IMG/VR virus record: IMGVR_UViG_3300049324_000053
DNA length: 64,000 bases
DNA from: a virus
Strand: one strand, 5' to 3'
Position 1 is the first letter of the stretch. Each line of letters begins with the position of its first letter. Under the pieces are notes generated by a model. That model did not search any database. It had not been told where the DNA came from and was given only the letters and a program-made list of their open reading frames with translations. Of this stretch, positions 1 through 9,156 are shown piece after piece. The translations under genes and the position numbers were made by a program.

Positions 1-210
1 GTCGCTCAGTTCGATGTCGACGACCTCGGCCGTCGTGACGATCCGGTCGCGATCAGTGTGGATGTCGAGTTCGAGCCCGGCGCGCGCCGGCCGCTGCTGG
101 GGATCAACCTTGCCGGTCCGCAGGCCGCGTTCGTCGGTGCCTGGCCGGACGGTGACAACTGGGTGCCGTTGGCGTCGCTGAATCCGTTGTCCATCCCGCC
201 GGTCCCGTGA
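1..210 (+). CDS. Hypothetical protein, 5'-truncated by the window edge
   Basis: Open frame from base 1 (VAQFDVDDLGRRDD...PPVP*); its TGA overlaps the GTG of the next gene (GTGA). Confidence 0.55.
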   Translation, partial: VAQFDVDDLGRRDDPVAISVDVEFEPGARRPLLGINLAGPQAAFVGAWPDGDNWVPLASLNPLSIPPVP

Positions 211-644
211 GCACCGAGCCAGCCGCCGAGTGGTTGGACGATGATGCGTGCATCGCGCGTACGAACTACTTTCGGGTCAAGGATCGGGACGCGTTCATCG
301 CGGTGCTGGCGCCGGTGGCCATCGACATCATCTTCGCGCCGCAAGACGCTGACCTGCTCTGCCTGGTCGCCCGCGGCACCCAGGGCTGGCCGTACGACTA
401 CCGCGACGAGTACGGACTGTATGCCAACTTCGATCTCTTCAGCACGCTTGCCACGCATCTGGCCGATGGGCAGGTCGCCATCAGCATGGAGGTCGGCGGC
501 GCGCGGTCGCGTTACGCGTTCGGGATCGCGTGGGCGGTGAACAACCTCGGCAAGCAGCGGCTGGTCGACCTTGCCCATGAGATCCTGCAGAAGGCTGAGG
601 AGTTGGGGCCGGACGTTGGTGCGCTGTGGGAGTCGATGCTTTGA
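207..644 (+). CDS. Hypothetical protein (RTNYFRVKD motif)
   Basis: 145-aa ORF with protein-like composition, translationally coupled to the upstream ORF. Confidence 0.75.
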   Translation: MSTEPAAEWLDDDACIARTNYFRVKDRDAFIAVLAPVAIDIIFAPQDADLLCLVARGTQGWPYDYRDEYGLYANFDLFSTLATHLADGQVAISMEVGGARSRYAFGIAWAVNNLGKQRLVDLAHEILQKAEELGPDVGALWESML

Positions 645-825
645 CCTCGCCCAAAATGTTGGGCATGACCGCCGTGTCCAACATCTTGGGCATGGAGCGA
701 CGCATGGCCGATGTTTTTGTCCCTGGCATGGGCTAATGTCGTACCCGCAAGTTCGCCCGCGCTGTGTCAGCCGCCCCCCGCTTGGGCACCGGGGACCGCC
801 TGGCGAAGGCACTTTCGCCAGGCGG

Positions 826-1668
826 TCAGGGTGAAGCGGCCAGGATGCCACGTACCGCGTCGTACGTCGCCCGGTAGTTGGCACGGGGCCCGTTGCGATG
901 CTTGGCCAGCGTGGTGCGCAGCTTGTCGTGTGGGCTGTCCGGATCCGGGTGCACGAACAGCACCAGGTCCGCGTCGTTCTCCAAGCTGCCGGACCCGGCC
1001 AGGTCGGTCAGCGCCGGCACATGCTGGTTCGCCCGTGACGCGGGCGCCTTGGCCGCGGTGCTGGTGACCAGGACTGCGGCGGGCAGCGCATGGGCGAGTG
1101 ACTTGAGCGTGACGGTGGCGTGGTCGACGACGTCGGCGGTGGTCGCTGTGGGCCTGGCGTCGTCGAGGAGATTGCCGATTCCGTCGACGACCAGCAGCCG
1201 CACACCGAAGTGATCGGCGGCCAGCTGTGCCTGGACGGCGATGACGTCGATGGTGCGTGCCGTGTCGTTGATCATTATTGGGGCGCGTATCAGCCGCTGG
1301 ATCTGGTGGTAGTCCGGGTTGCGCGGGTCGGGGCCGCATCCGATGGTGGTGAGCCTGGTGCTGATGTCGTGGGCGTGGTTGTCGCCGGCGGCGGCCGGCA
1401 CGGCGAACACGAGGGTGGGGACGGTGCGTTCCACGGCGGCGTGATGACACCAGGTCAGTAGCAGGTCCCGGGCCAGGTCGGGGTTGACGGCGGCGATGAC
1501 GGCCAGCTGGCCGGGGTGCAGGCCGCCGGCGAGCAGGTCGTCGAGGTAGGTGGCGCCGGTGGGGATCGACGGGGCGAACGTCTCGTGGCGGACGAAGGCC
1601 AGCACATCGCCGAGGCCGTCGCGCAGGGTGCCGACGATCGGTGTGTTGTCGGTCGTGGTGTCTGGCAT
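826..1668 (-). CDS. DnaB-like helicase C-terminal domain protein with degenerate Walker A (probable pseudo-helicase)
   Basis: IPTGATYLDDLLAGGLHPGQLAVIAA, LLVVDGI, PALTDLAGSGSLENDADLVLFVH and LAKHRNGP match DnaB motifs; the expected RPxxGKS/T reads VNPDLAR. Confidence 0.85.
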   Translation of the reverse strand: MPDTTTDNTPIVGTLRDGLGDVLAFVRHETFAPSIPTGATYLDDLLAGGLHPGQLAVIAAVNPDLARDLLLTWCHHAAVERTVPTLVFAVPAAAGDNHAHDISTRLTTIGCGPDPRNPDYHQIQRLIRAPIMINDTARTIDVIAVQAQLAADHFGVRLLVVDGIGNLLDDARPTATTADVVDHATVTLKSLAHALPAAVLVTSTAAKAPASRANQHVPALTDLAGSGSLENDADLVLFVHPDPDSPHDKLRTTLAKHRNGPRANYRATYDAVRGILAASP

Positions 1669-1849
1669 CCGGGCCCCCGTTGTGCTATCAGCACTCATGC
1701 AAATGATCGTAAAGGTTGACGGCGACAACGCGGCGAAAAGCTGTGGAGTATTCCGCGATTCTGCACTTTTCGGGCTTCTACGAGTTGTGGGCGTCTGAGC
1801 GACGCAGCGAGGCGCAGAATCGGGCAGATTCGGCTTCCTGCGGACAGGC

Positions 1850-1856
1850 GCCGATG
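1850..1856 (+). promoter_or_regulatory. Putative late promoter -10 element (GCCGATG); upstream element divergent (GCT)
   Basis: GCCGATG 8 nt before the GTG at 1865; same motif as other structural blocks. Confidence 0.55.
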
Positions 1857-1864
1857 ACAAACGT

Positions 1865-2245
1865 GTGCGTATCGACGTTCCCGCCACCGACGAGACGGGC
1901 CATATCGGTGGCCTGATCCCCGCCGCGGTCGTCGACGCCACCTGGGGGGCGCTCGGCAGCCGTCAACAGGTCGAGGACGAGATCGACCTGATGCTCACCA
2001 CGATCCGCGCGTTCTACGACCAGCCCGGCGATGTGGTGATGCGCCAGTGCGGCGCGCTGTCCGCACGCTGCACCGAACTGGCCATCGGGCTGGTGCGTCT
2101 CGAAGGGCGCCGGGAGTGGATTCATCTGCGCACCCGTCAGGTGGACCGGCTGCTCGCGGAGATTGAACGTCAATATCGCATCGCCAGCCGGCTGCTTGAA
2201 GGTCGCCGGCTGGATTGGGAGACGAGCCGGGAGAACAGCCGGTGA
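1865..2245 (+). CDS. Hypothetical phage protein upstream of portal
   Basis: 126-aa helical ORF; GTGA overlap with the portal gene. Confidence 0.75.
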   Translation: MRIDVPATDETGHIGGLIPAAVVDATWGALGSRQQVEDEIDLMLTTIRAFYDQPGDVVMRQCGALSARCTELAIGLVRLEGRREWIHLRTRQVDRLLAEIERQYRIASRLLEGRRLDWETSRENSR

Positions 2246-3981
2246 CCGCCGTCGAAGCGGGCAGCGATCTTGCGATCAGTGATGCGGGCCTGCCGCTGCC
2301 CTGGATCAACGCCACCGGCCTGCCGAACTCGGTCATCACCGAGAACAACGACACCCGTCAGATCGCCTACCAGCTGTCCACCTGGGTCAGTAAGGCGCGC
2401 GCCGCGTCCGGGCGCAGCGTCGCCACCGACCCGGGGATCTATGTTCCGCAGGAGAACGTGTACGACGAGATTCGTTCGGCGCGGCATGCGATGGAGCACG
2501 ACTCGATCGTGTCCGGTGTCGCCGAGGTCACCGAGGCGATGGCTTTCGCCGGGTTGTCGTGGGAGAGCCCGAATCCTGATGATGCGGATGCGCTCAACCA
2601 GCTGGCCGAGGATGCCGACCTCGACGGGCTGATGCGCCGCATGTGGTACGACATGTTCTCCTGTTCGCAGGCGGTTGTCGCTGCCCATTGGGGCTGGGTG
2701 GAGTACACGGTTCGCGGGCAGACGAAGAATGGTAACCGGCGTAAGAAGACCTACCGGTTCTTCGCGCCGCAGCAGCTGAAAACGCTGGATCCCGCGAAGG
2801 TGGTGCCGACGGGCGCCGGGCCGGTGGCCGGTGAGGGACTCGCCTGGCAGGCCAGCGGCGGGGAGATCGACGCCTACTGGGATGCGTTCGACGGTCGCAT
2901 CAATGATCCGTTGATGTTGTCGTACTTCACCGGCCAGTACTTGCCGACCGTCACCGAGGCCGCGCAGCTGGCCGCCGACGGGGTCGACACAACCCGGTTG
3001 CTGGCGATGGACCCTGCGGCGGTGTTCCGGCACACGCTGACCAAGCCCGATTACCAGCGTCATCCCGCGGTGCGGTTGCGGTCCTGTTTCTCGACGCTCG
3101 ACCTCAAGCAGCAACTGCTGGCCAGTGACCGCGCGATGCTCGTCGGCGCGGCGAACTATATCCTTTTGGTGCGTAAGGGCACCGACGCGGCACCCGCACA
3201 GCAGCAGGAGATCACCCATCTGCGGGAGAATTTCAACTTCGTCGCCAAACTTCCGGTGATCTTCTCCGACCACCGGCTCGAAATTGAGATCATCGCCCCG
3301 AAAACCGATTTCGTGCTGGACCGGGCGCGGTATGACACGCTCGACGAACGGCTGCTCACCCGGCTGCTGGGCACCCTGCTCATTCCCGGTCACGGCCGGG
3401 ACACGACCGACACCGTCGCGACCGCGGTCGCCAGAACGATGGAAAACCGCCGGCACATGATGCGGTTGTGCCTGCAGCGGCGTATCGCCCGCGCCATCGT
3501 CGACCATCCCCGCAACCGGGGGGTGTTCGAACAGCCACCGAGCCTGGTGTTCTCCCCCCGCAACATCGCGCTGGCCGCCGACCCGACCTACGCCCAGGGG
3601 CTGCTCGCGCTGCGCACCCAGCGGGAGATCAGCCGCGAGACGATCCTCGAATACTTCGGTCTGGACGAAGCGGTCGAAGCGATGCGCATGCAGACCGAGG
3701 AAGAGTTCTTCGACGACATCTTCCGCACGCACGTGCCGTTCTCCGCACCCGCTCCCACCGCCGGCACTGCCCCAGCCGACGGCACATCACCTGACACGGC
3801 GGCGCCGTCGCCGGACGCGACCGGCAACAACCGGGCCGCTCCCGCACCAACCCCCAACGGCACCCCCGAAGCGCCCGGCGTGTCCGGTGCTCGCGGCGGC
3901 CGGCCCGTCGGCGGCGGCGACCGGCCCCAGTCGCCGGCCGCGGTACGCCCCCGCACCCGCAAGGGCAACCCGTCGACGTGA
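2242..3981 (+). CDS. Putative portal protein
   Basis: ~580 aa, first large gene of the head module, ISRETILEYFGLD-type motif followed by a low-complexity tail; precedes protease/scaffold/capsid. Confidence 0.75.
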   Translation: MTAVEAGSDLAISDAGLPLPWINATGLPNSVITENNDTRQIAYQLSTWVSKARAASGRSVATDPGIYVPQENVYDEIRSARHAMEHDSIVSGVAEVTEAMAFAGLSWESPNPDDADALNQLAEDADLDGLMRRMWYDMFSCSQAVVAAHWGWVEYTVRGQTKNGNRRKKTYRFFAPQQLKTLDPAKVVPTGAGPVAGEGLAWQASGGEIDAYWDAFDGRINDPLMLSYFTGQYLPTVTEAAQLAADGVDTTRLLAMDPAAVFRHTLTKPDYQRHPAVRLRSCFSTLDLKQQLLASDRAMLVGAANYILLVRKGTDAAPAQQQEITHLRENFNFVAKLPVIFSDHRLEIEIIAPKTDFVLDRARYDTLDERLLTRLLGTLLIPGHGRDTTDTVATAVARTMENRRHMMRLCLQRRIARAIVDHPRNRGVFEQPPSLVFSPRNIALAADPTYAQGLLALRTQREISRETILEYFGLDEAVEAMRMQTEEEFFDDIFRTHVPFSAPAPTAGTAPADGTSPDTAAPSPDATGNNRAAPAPTPNGTPEAPGVSGARGGRPVGGGDRPQSPAAVRPRTRKGNPST

Positions 3982-3994
3982 TGTTGCCCGCTCC

Positions 3995-4018
3995 GATCCA
4001 TCCCCGAGTCCGCCGACA
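3995..4018 (+). promoter_or_regulatory. Putative late promoter GAT-N14-GCCGACA
   Basis: Exact 14-nt spacing; intergenic before 4045. Confidence 0.6.
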
Positions 4019-4044
4019 TTTCACCCAAAGGACGGGAGGACATC

Positions 4045-4308
4045 GTGGCTGACGCTGTGGCAGCGCTGTACCGGCAGGCCGCGCACTGGGAGCGCGCCTT
4101 CACCGCCGACGAACGGCGCAAGCATGCCAAGAGCGGGGCCGCGATGCCCGACGGATCGTTCCCCATCCTGAACCGCACCCATCTGCACGCTGCCCTGACC
4201 CTTTACGGGCATGCCAAGGATCCGGCGGCCGCCAAACGGCACATCATCAAGCGGGCGAAGGCGATCGGCGCGACCGGCATGCTGCCCGAAGGCTGGACCA
4301 GCTCGTGA
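4045..4308 (+). CDS. Small head-module protein (AMPDGSFPI...RHIIKRAKA domain often fused to prohead proteases)
   Basis: Recognisable motif; SD GGGAGGA; overlaps the start of the protease gene. Confidence 0.75.
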   Translation: MADAVAALYRQAAHWERAFTADERRKHAKSGAAMPDGSFPILNRTHLHAALTLYGHAKDPAAAKRHIIKRAKAIGATGMLPEGWTSS

Positions 4309-6461
4309 ACGTCGAAGCCGCCTTGTACCGGGCAGCGGGCTGGACGCCGCACCGGTACGACCCGGCCACCGGTGGCCGTTGCCGTACGTGCGCGCAGCGC
4401 CGCTACACCGGTGAGCATGCTGCCGCCGAGAACGCGGCCGTCCGGCCCGCCGGGCAGCTTCCCGCACCTCCCGGGATGCGCACCCCCCTGCCGCCGGGAG
4501 CGCTCGCGAACCTGCCCGAAGGATTGCGTGGCACCCGTCATCCGTACGCGAAGCTGCCGTCGCCGGCGGCCTGGTCGTCCAAGGACTGCGCGATCTGCGG
4601 GCTGCCCGCCGGCGAACCCGTGCATCTGGATCCGGAAACCAGCAAACCGCTGACCTACGACATTTCGTCTGCGCCCGACGCGATGGCCACCGCCGACGCC
4701 GGCGACGACGACGAACCGGCCGGCGGCGACCCCGACGCCGGCGACGACTCCGCCCCGGCCAGCGCGATGATCGGTTTCTGGTTGCCCACCGCGCTGGCTC
4801 TGACGCTGTTGCCGCCCGGTATCGACGGCGCCGAAGAACCTGATGATCTGCATCTGACGATCGTGACGCTCGCCGGCCTGCCCGACGCCGGTGACGGTCC
4901 GGCGATGGCTACCGTGCTGGCGGCGGTGGCCATCGCCGCCGGACGTATCGCCCCGTTCACGGTCACCCTGTCCGGTGTCGGAGTTTTCACCGCCGGCGAA
5001 AAGCCGGTCACCTACTACTCGGTCGACTCTCCCGACCTGCCCGATGTGCGTGACGTTCTCGTCGACACGCTGACCGGTGCCGGTGTCCCGATCGACACCA
5101 CCCACGGGTTCACCCCGCACATCACACTCGTGTACGACGTCGCCGCGGTACCCGCCCCGCCGACCGACCCGATCCTTATCGACCGGCTCGCCTGCGCCAT
5201 CGGCGAGGACCGTTACGAGTTCCCTCTTGTCGGCAACCCCGACAGTGACAACGACGATGCCAGTGACAACGACGATGCCGGTGACGACGGTATGGCGGCC
5301 GTCATGGATCCGGCCGTCATGGACCCCGGTCCCGCCGGCTGGTCGCAGCCGTTCAACCGGCGGGACCGGGCCCACACTCAGCCCCGCGCCGAAGATGCCG
5401 GCGATGCGGGCCCCGACCGCGGCAGCGCCGGCAGCACCGCGGCGCACACCGAACGAGCGTTTGTCACCGAGGCCAATGGCAAGTTGCTTGTCACCGCCCC
5501 CAGCGATCAGATCCTCGCGCCGATGGCCCGCACCCTGGCCGCCGGCGCCACCGGCAACCAGCATTTCTCCTGGCTGACCGGCCGCCTCGTCGGCGCCGAC
5601 GAGCCCAACCGCAACGGTGCGTTATGGACGTTCGGGGATCTGCAGTTCGGCCAGCCCGGCGTCCGTCACGGACCGTTGAACTGGCTGCACGAGGGAAAAC
5701 ATGTGATCGGCACCCTGGCCGATTCCGTGCTCGTGCCTCACGAGCAGGCTGGCGACGTCGGCGCGCACATCGCCACCCTCGCCGCGGTGTGGTCATGGTT
5801 GTACCCGGCCGAAACCGAAGTGATTCGTTCCGCGTCCGACGCCGGCCGGCTGTGGCAGTCGATGGAATGCGTGTCCGAATCGGTCGAATGCGCCGGTGAC
5901 ACCGGCTGTGGACGCACCGTCGCCTACGGCGACTACCTGTCCGGCACCGGCACCTGTGCACATCTGCGCGAACGCAGTGCGGTGCGCCGGTTCGCACGCC
6001 CGTCGTTCCTCGGTGCCGCCGTCATCGTGCCGCCGGTACGTCCCGGCTGGGCCGGCGCCGACACCCGGGTGCTGTCCGCACTGTCGGCGGTGTCCGCGGA
6101 CAGCTATCAGGCTGCCGGCTGCCCCGACATGAGCGCATCCGAATGGGAACGGCTGATGGGTGAGGTGCTGACGTATGCCGGATCCGGCGCATCCCAGGTC
6201 ACGTCGACGGGCGGCAGCCCTGTCCCGGGTGGTGCGCAAGCTGCGAGCGGCGGCGCACCGGGCTCGCACCGCACCACCTCCGCCACCACCACCGGCGAAC
6301 TCGCCGCCGGCGCCGCCGGCGGTGTGAACGACCCGATGCGTGAACTGGCGTTGAGCCTCGCCGGGCTGACCAGCGTGCTGGCCGCCGAACGCAGCGCACC
6401 GCGGTTGCGCCGCATCGAACGTGACGACGTTGGCCGCATTACCGCTGTCATCGACGAATAG
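4305..6461 (+). CDS. Putative prohead protease fused to an N-terminal Zn-binding region and a 2H phosphoesterase (Acb1/LigT-like) domain
   Basis: Two H-x-T motifs (DDLHLTIV at ~4851, FTPHITLVY at ~5118); C-terminal domain with NRNG, LNWLH and QSMEC motifs; position between portal and capsid. Confidence 0.75.
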   Translation: MNVEAALYRAAGWTPHRYDPATGGRCRTCAQRRYTGEHAAAENAAVRPAGQLPAPPGMRTPLPPGALANLPEGLRGTRHPYAKLPSPAAWSSKDCAICGLPAGEPVHLDPETSKPLTYDISSAPDAMATADAGDDDEPAGGDPDAGDDSAPASAMIGFWLPTALALTLLPPGIDGAEEPDDLHLTIVTLAGLPDAGDGPAMATVLAAVAIAAGRIAPFTVTLSGVGVFTAGEKPVTYYSVDSPDLPDVRDVLVDTLTGAGVPIDTTHGFTPHITLVYDVAAVPAPPTDPILIDRLACAIGEDRYEFPLVGNPDSDNDDASDNDDAGDDGMAAVMDPAVMDPGPAGWSQPFNRRDRAHTQPRAEDAGDAGPDRGSAGSTAAHTERAFVTEANGKLLVTAPSDQILAPMARTLAAGATGNQHFSWLTGRLVGADEPNRNGALWTFGDLQFGQPGVRHGPLNWLHEGKHVIGTLADSVLVPHEQAGDVGAHIATLAAVWSWLYPAETEVIRSASDAGRLWQSMECVSESVECAGDTGCGRTVAYGDYLSGTGTCAHLRERSAVRRFARPSFLGAAVIVPPVRPGWAGADTRVLSALSAVSADSYQAAGCPDMSASEWERLMGEVLTYAGSGASQVTSTGGSPVPGGAQAASGGAPGSHRTTSATTTGELAAGAAGGVNDPMRELALSLAGLTSVLAAERSAPRLRRIERDDVGRITAVIDE

Positions 6462-6476
6462 TCGGAAAGGAAAGTC

Positions 6477-6845
6477 ATGCCGTTTTCGGTGGCATCGCGC
6501 AACTACATGTTGGATCAGGAGGGCGGAAACAACTCCGTCTACATGAGCCTGCATTCGGGTGACCCGGGCAGCACCGGGGCGAACGAGCTGGCCACGACGG
6601 GTGGTTCGCCCAACTACGCCCGCAAGCCCATCACGTGGGCGGCAGCGTCGGGCGGCAGCAAGGTGTCCAACGTCTCCGAGGCGTTCGACATCCCCCCGTC
6701 GTCCACGGTGAGCTACTTCGGGCTGTGGTCGGCAGCTACCGGTGGATCGTTCCGCGGTGGGGGCCCGCTGTCGAGCACGGAGACGTTCGCCGCGCAGGGC
6801 ACCTACACCGTCACCAGCGGCAACGCGAACATGGCGCTCGCATAA
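6477..6845 (+). CDS. Small virion fibre/structural subunit; paralog of 19873..20304
   Basis: YMSLHSGDPGSTGANE...YARKPITW...FGLWSAATGG pattern typical of small phage fibre-associated proteins; SD AAGGAA. Confidence 0.8.
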   Translation: MPFSVASRNYMLDQEGGNNSVYMSLHSGDPGSTGANELATTGGSPNYARKPITWAAASGGSKVSNVSEAFDIPPSSTVSYFGLWSAATGGSFRGGGPLSSTETFAAQGTYTVTSGNANMALA

Positions 6846-6928
6846 AGCCGTAAAAAGCTTATAAAGCTAACGTCGAGCTGCGCCGTCCGGGCCTACGCCG
6901 CGGCGGTGCAGCGGTGTCGAACCGCGAG

Positions 6929-7480
6929 CTATTGCGCCATGTTCTCGGGGTCCTCGGCGTCACCGTCGTAGATCACAATCCCCATGATCTCGACATTGTC
7001 GCTGAACTCGGGGAGCTTGACGTGGATCGGGTCTTCCGCGGAGTCCTCGCCCGATATCGCACTCCACGTGATCACTTTGCGAGCGTAGGGGCCGGACGCG
7101 GTCGTGTTGGCGTCCAGGACAGCGACGATCTGTTCGACGTCGGTCAGTTGACCGCTGGCGACCTGGACCATGAACGTTGTGGCTTGTGCGCTGGTGAATG
7201 TCAGCGGGTACCCGTTCTTCTCGCAGAACACGGCGAGCGCGATGAATGCGCAGCGTTTGTTGCCGTCGACCAGTGCGTGATTGCAGGCCAGTGACTGTAC
7301 GAGCGCGGCGGCCTTGTGCAGCGTTGTCGGATAGGCGTCGGCGCCGAACACGGTGACCGCAGGCCGGTGCAGCGCCGAGGCCAGCAGTCCCGGGTCGCGG
7401 ATCGTTGCCGGTTGCCCGAGAGCGATCACCGCAAGATCGAGGAAGCCGGTGAGCGTCAGGTAGCGGGTGGCGCCGGTCAA
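6929..7480 (-). CDS. doc: Doc/Fic-family toxin with acidic C-terminal extension
   Basis: IRDPGLLASALHRP and NHALVDGNKR Doc motifs. Confidence 0.9.
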   Translation of the reverse strand: MTGATRYLTLTGFLDLAVIALGQPATIRDPGLLASALHRPAVTVFGADAYPTTLHKAAALVQSLACNHALVDGNKRCAFIALAVFCEKNGYPLTFTSAQATTFMVQVASGQLTDVEQIVAVLDANTTASGPYARKVITWSAISGEDSAEDPIHVKLPEFSDNVEIMGIVIYDGDAEDPENMAQ

Positions 7481-7680
7481 AGGTCTGCTAGTGCATCAAA
7501 GGTGGCGGCGTACCGGGTCCGGATCTCGGAACCGATGACGCTCCAGCTGCGTTCACGTCGGTCGAGGTACTCGGTGACGGCGGTGTCGAGCAGTTTTTGC
7601 AGTGAGCAGCCGTCGCTGGCTGCCGCTTGCTGCAGGGCGGCGAGCCGTTCGTCGTCCAGTCGGTAGTTGATCGCGCTCAT
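7477..7680 (-). CDS. Ribbon-helix-helix antitoxin, cognate to Doc
   Basis: N-terminal RHH pattern (INYRLDDE...AAASDGCSLQKLLDTAVTEYL); overlaps the toxin start. Confidence 0.85.
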   Translation of the reverse strand: MSAINYRLDDERLAALQQAAASDGCSLQKLLDTAVTEYLDRRERSWSVIGSEIRTRYAATFDALADL

Positions 7681-7683
7681 ACT

Positions 7684-7896
7684 TCATAGTACCACGATGG
7701 TACCGTCCGTGGTAGGCTCAGGGTGGAGAGTGACATTCGCTCCGGCGACGCCCGTCAGGGCGACCGCGACCAGCTGCAGGACGTGGCGCCTGATGTCGTC
7801 GCGGATGGCAGCGTCGCCGTCGAGGTCGTAGGCCGAGGCCCAGGCGTCACGGTCCACGTCGATCGCCACGGTGACGTCGACGCGCAGCCTGGTCAC
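7684..7896 (-). CDS. Hypothetical protein
   Basis: 70-aa ORF coupled to the upstream gene. Confidence 0.6.
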   Translation of the reverse strand: MTRLRVDVTVAIDVDRDAWASAYDLDGDAAIRDDIRRHVLQLVAVALTGVAGANVTLHPEPTTDGTIVVL

Positions 7897-8204
7897 GACA
7901 GCAACGCGCCGGTGTCGTCGACGACGTCCAGACCTCGGCTGGCCGCGTTCGTGAGCGGATGCTGCGCGCCCAGGATTTCGCTGTCCGCTCCGGTGGTCAC
8001 GTTCACCGTCAACGCCAGTGGTTGCTCGGTGCGTGTACTCCAGCCGAGCACCTCGATGCCGACCACATCGTTGGCGTCGTTCAGCAGCAGCCGCACACTC
8101 TTGCCGCCGAAAGTCCCTACGACGCTTCGTCCCGGCGCCCGCGGCGCCCAGCTGATGAGAACCGCGTCGGCGGCTTGATCAATGTCGATGTTCATGTCGG
8201 CCAT
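7893..8204 (-). CDS. DUF2283-like protein (orphan putative antitoxin)
   Basis: IDIDQAADAVLISW...LLNDANDVVGIEVLG matches the DUF2283 pattern; no DUF4258-type toxin adjacent. Confidence 0.65.
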   Translation of the reverse strand: MADMNIDIDQAADAVLISWAPRAPGRSVVGTFGGKSVRLLLNDANDVVGIEVLGWSTRTEQPLALTVNVTTGADSEILGAQHPLTNAASRGLDVVDDTGALLS

Positions 8205-8243
8205 CCTTGCCGATCCGGGCTCCGATGGCACACCCTTACCGGC

Positions 8244-9089
8244 ATGGAACCCGAGCCCGACGAGCTGACCCTGGACCTGAAGGTGGCTGTAGCCATCGCC
8301 CACGCCCGAGCCCATCCCGAACAGATGCGCCCGTACGTGCCTCGCAGTGCACAGCCGGACAACAGCGACGCCCGCATGAAGGTGCTCGACGACATCAACG
8401 CTCTGCTCGACGCGCAGGAATCTCCCATCGTCAGCGGCCCGGTGGCGCTGCCGGTCTCTTTGCGTAATGCTGCGGTGATCGCTGTCGCCAGGCTCGGGGC
8501 GGCGCCGTCGGTGACCGCGCTGATCACCGACGCGTTGCGCCGTACGCTCGAAGAAGCCGTCAGCCGGGCCGCTCTCGACAGCCACTACGCACAGCACCCG
8601 CATGCGCGCCCCTCGCTCGGTGAGGTGGCGTTGGCTTACGCAGAGCAGACGGGGTCACCGCTCGCGCAGCGGCCTGAGCTGCTGGATGCAGCAGCTCAGC
8701 AGATTGTGTCCGTGCATCCTGACGCCGACGGCCGTGACGTGCTGATGTGGGCGCAGGGGTGGTTGTCCGCCCAAGAGGAGTCGGCGCAACTGTTTGTGCC
8801 ACAGACTGCGGCACAAGTGCAGGCGCACAAGCGCGCCGAACTGGACCGCTACCTGGACTGGCTGGAAAAGGAGCAGGGACTGCCGACCCCCGAGCAGCTG
8901 GCGGCAGCGGACCGCTGGGTCAACGGCCTGCTCACCGCGATCCGCTCGGCGGACCGGGCCGTGGTGGACGACATGAGCCAGCGCCGGTGGCGGGCGCGGG
9001 CGAGGCGTGAGGCGCGCGAGATGGCTCAGGATCCGGCTGATCGCGGCGAGGTGGCTGCCACGATGCGTTTTCTTGACGGCGACGAGTAG
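8244..9089 (+). CDS. Putative poly-antitoxin protein made of concatenated antitoxin-like segments
   Basis: 281 aa; RHH-like core at aa ~63-105, then LDRYLDWLEKEQGLPTPEQLAAADRW and RARREAREMAQDPADRGEVAATMRFLD segments resembling antitoxin C-termini. Confidence 0.6.
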   Translation: MEPEPDELTLDLKVAVAIAHARAHPEQMRPYVPRSAQPDNSDARMKVLDDINALLDAQESPIVSGPVALPVSLRNAAVIAVARLGAAPSVTALITDALRRTLEEAVSRAALDSHYAQHPHARPSLGEVALAYAEQTGSPLAQRPELLDAAAQQIVSVHPDADGRDVLMWAQGWLSAQEESAQLFVPQTAAQVQAHKRAELDRYLDWLEKEQGLPTPEQLAAADRWVNGLLTAIRSADRAVVDDMSQRRWRARARREAREMAQDPADRGEVAATMRFLDGDE

Positions 9090-9123
9090 CTCGACCAGCG
9101 GGTAGTGCGCGGCCGCCGGCTGC

Positions 9124-9147
9124 GATCAGCAAGATCAGGGGCCGATG
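9124..9147 (+). promoter_or_regulatory. Putative late promoter GAT-N14-GCCGATG
   Basis: Exact motif; in-frame GTG 9 nt downstream (9157). Confidence 0.65.
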
Positions 9148-9156
9148 GTCTCCTTC

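Noticed and set aside
691-713. GCCGATG at 707 as another late promoter
   Set aside because: Spacing to the upstream element is 13 nt and no credible + strand gene follows
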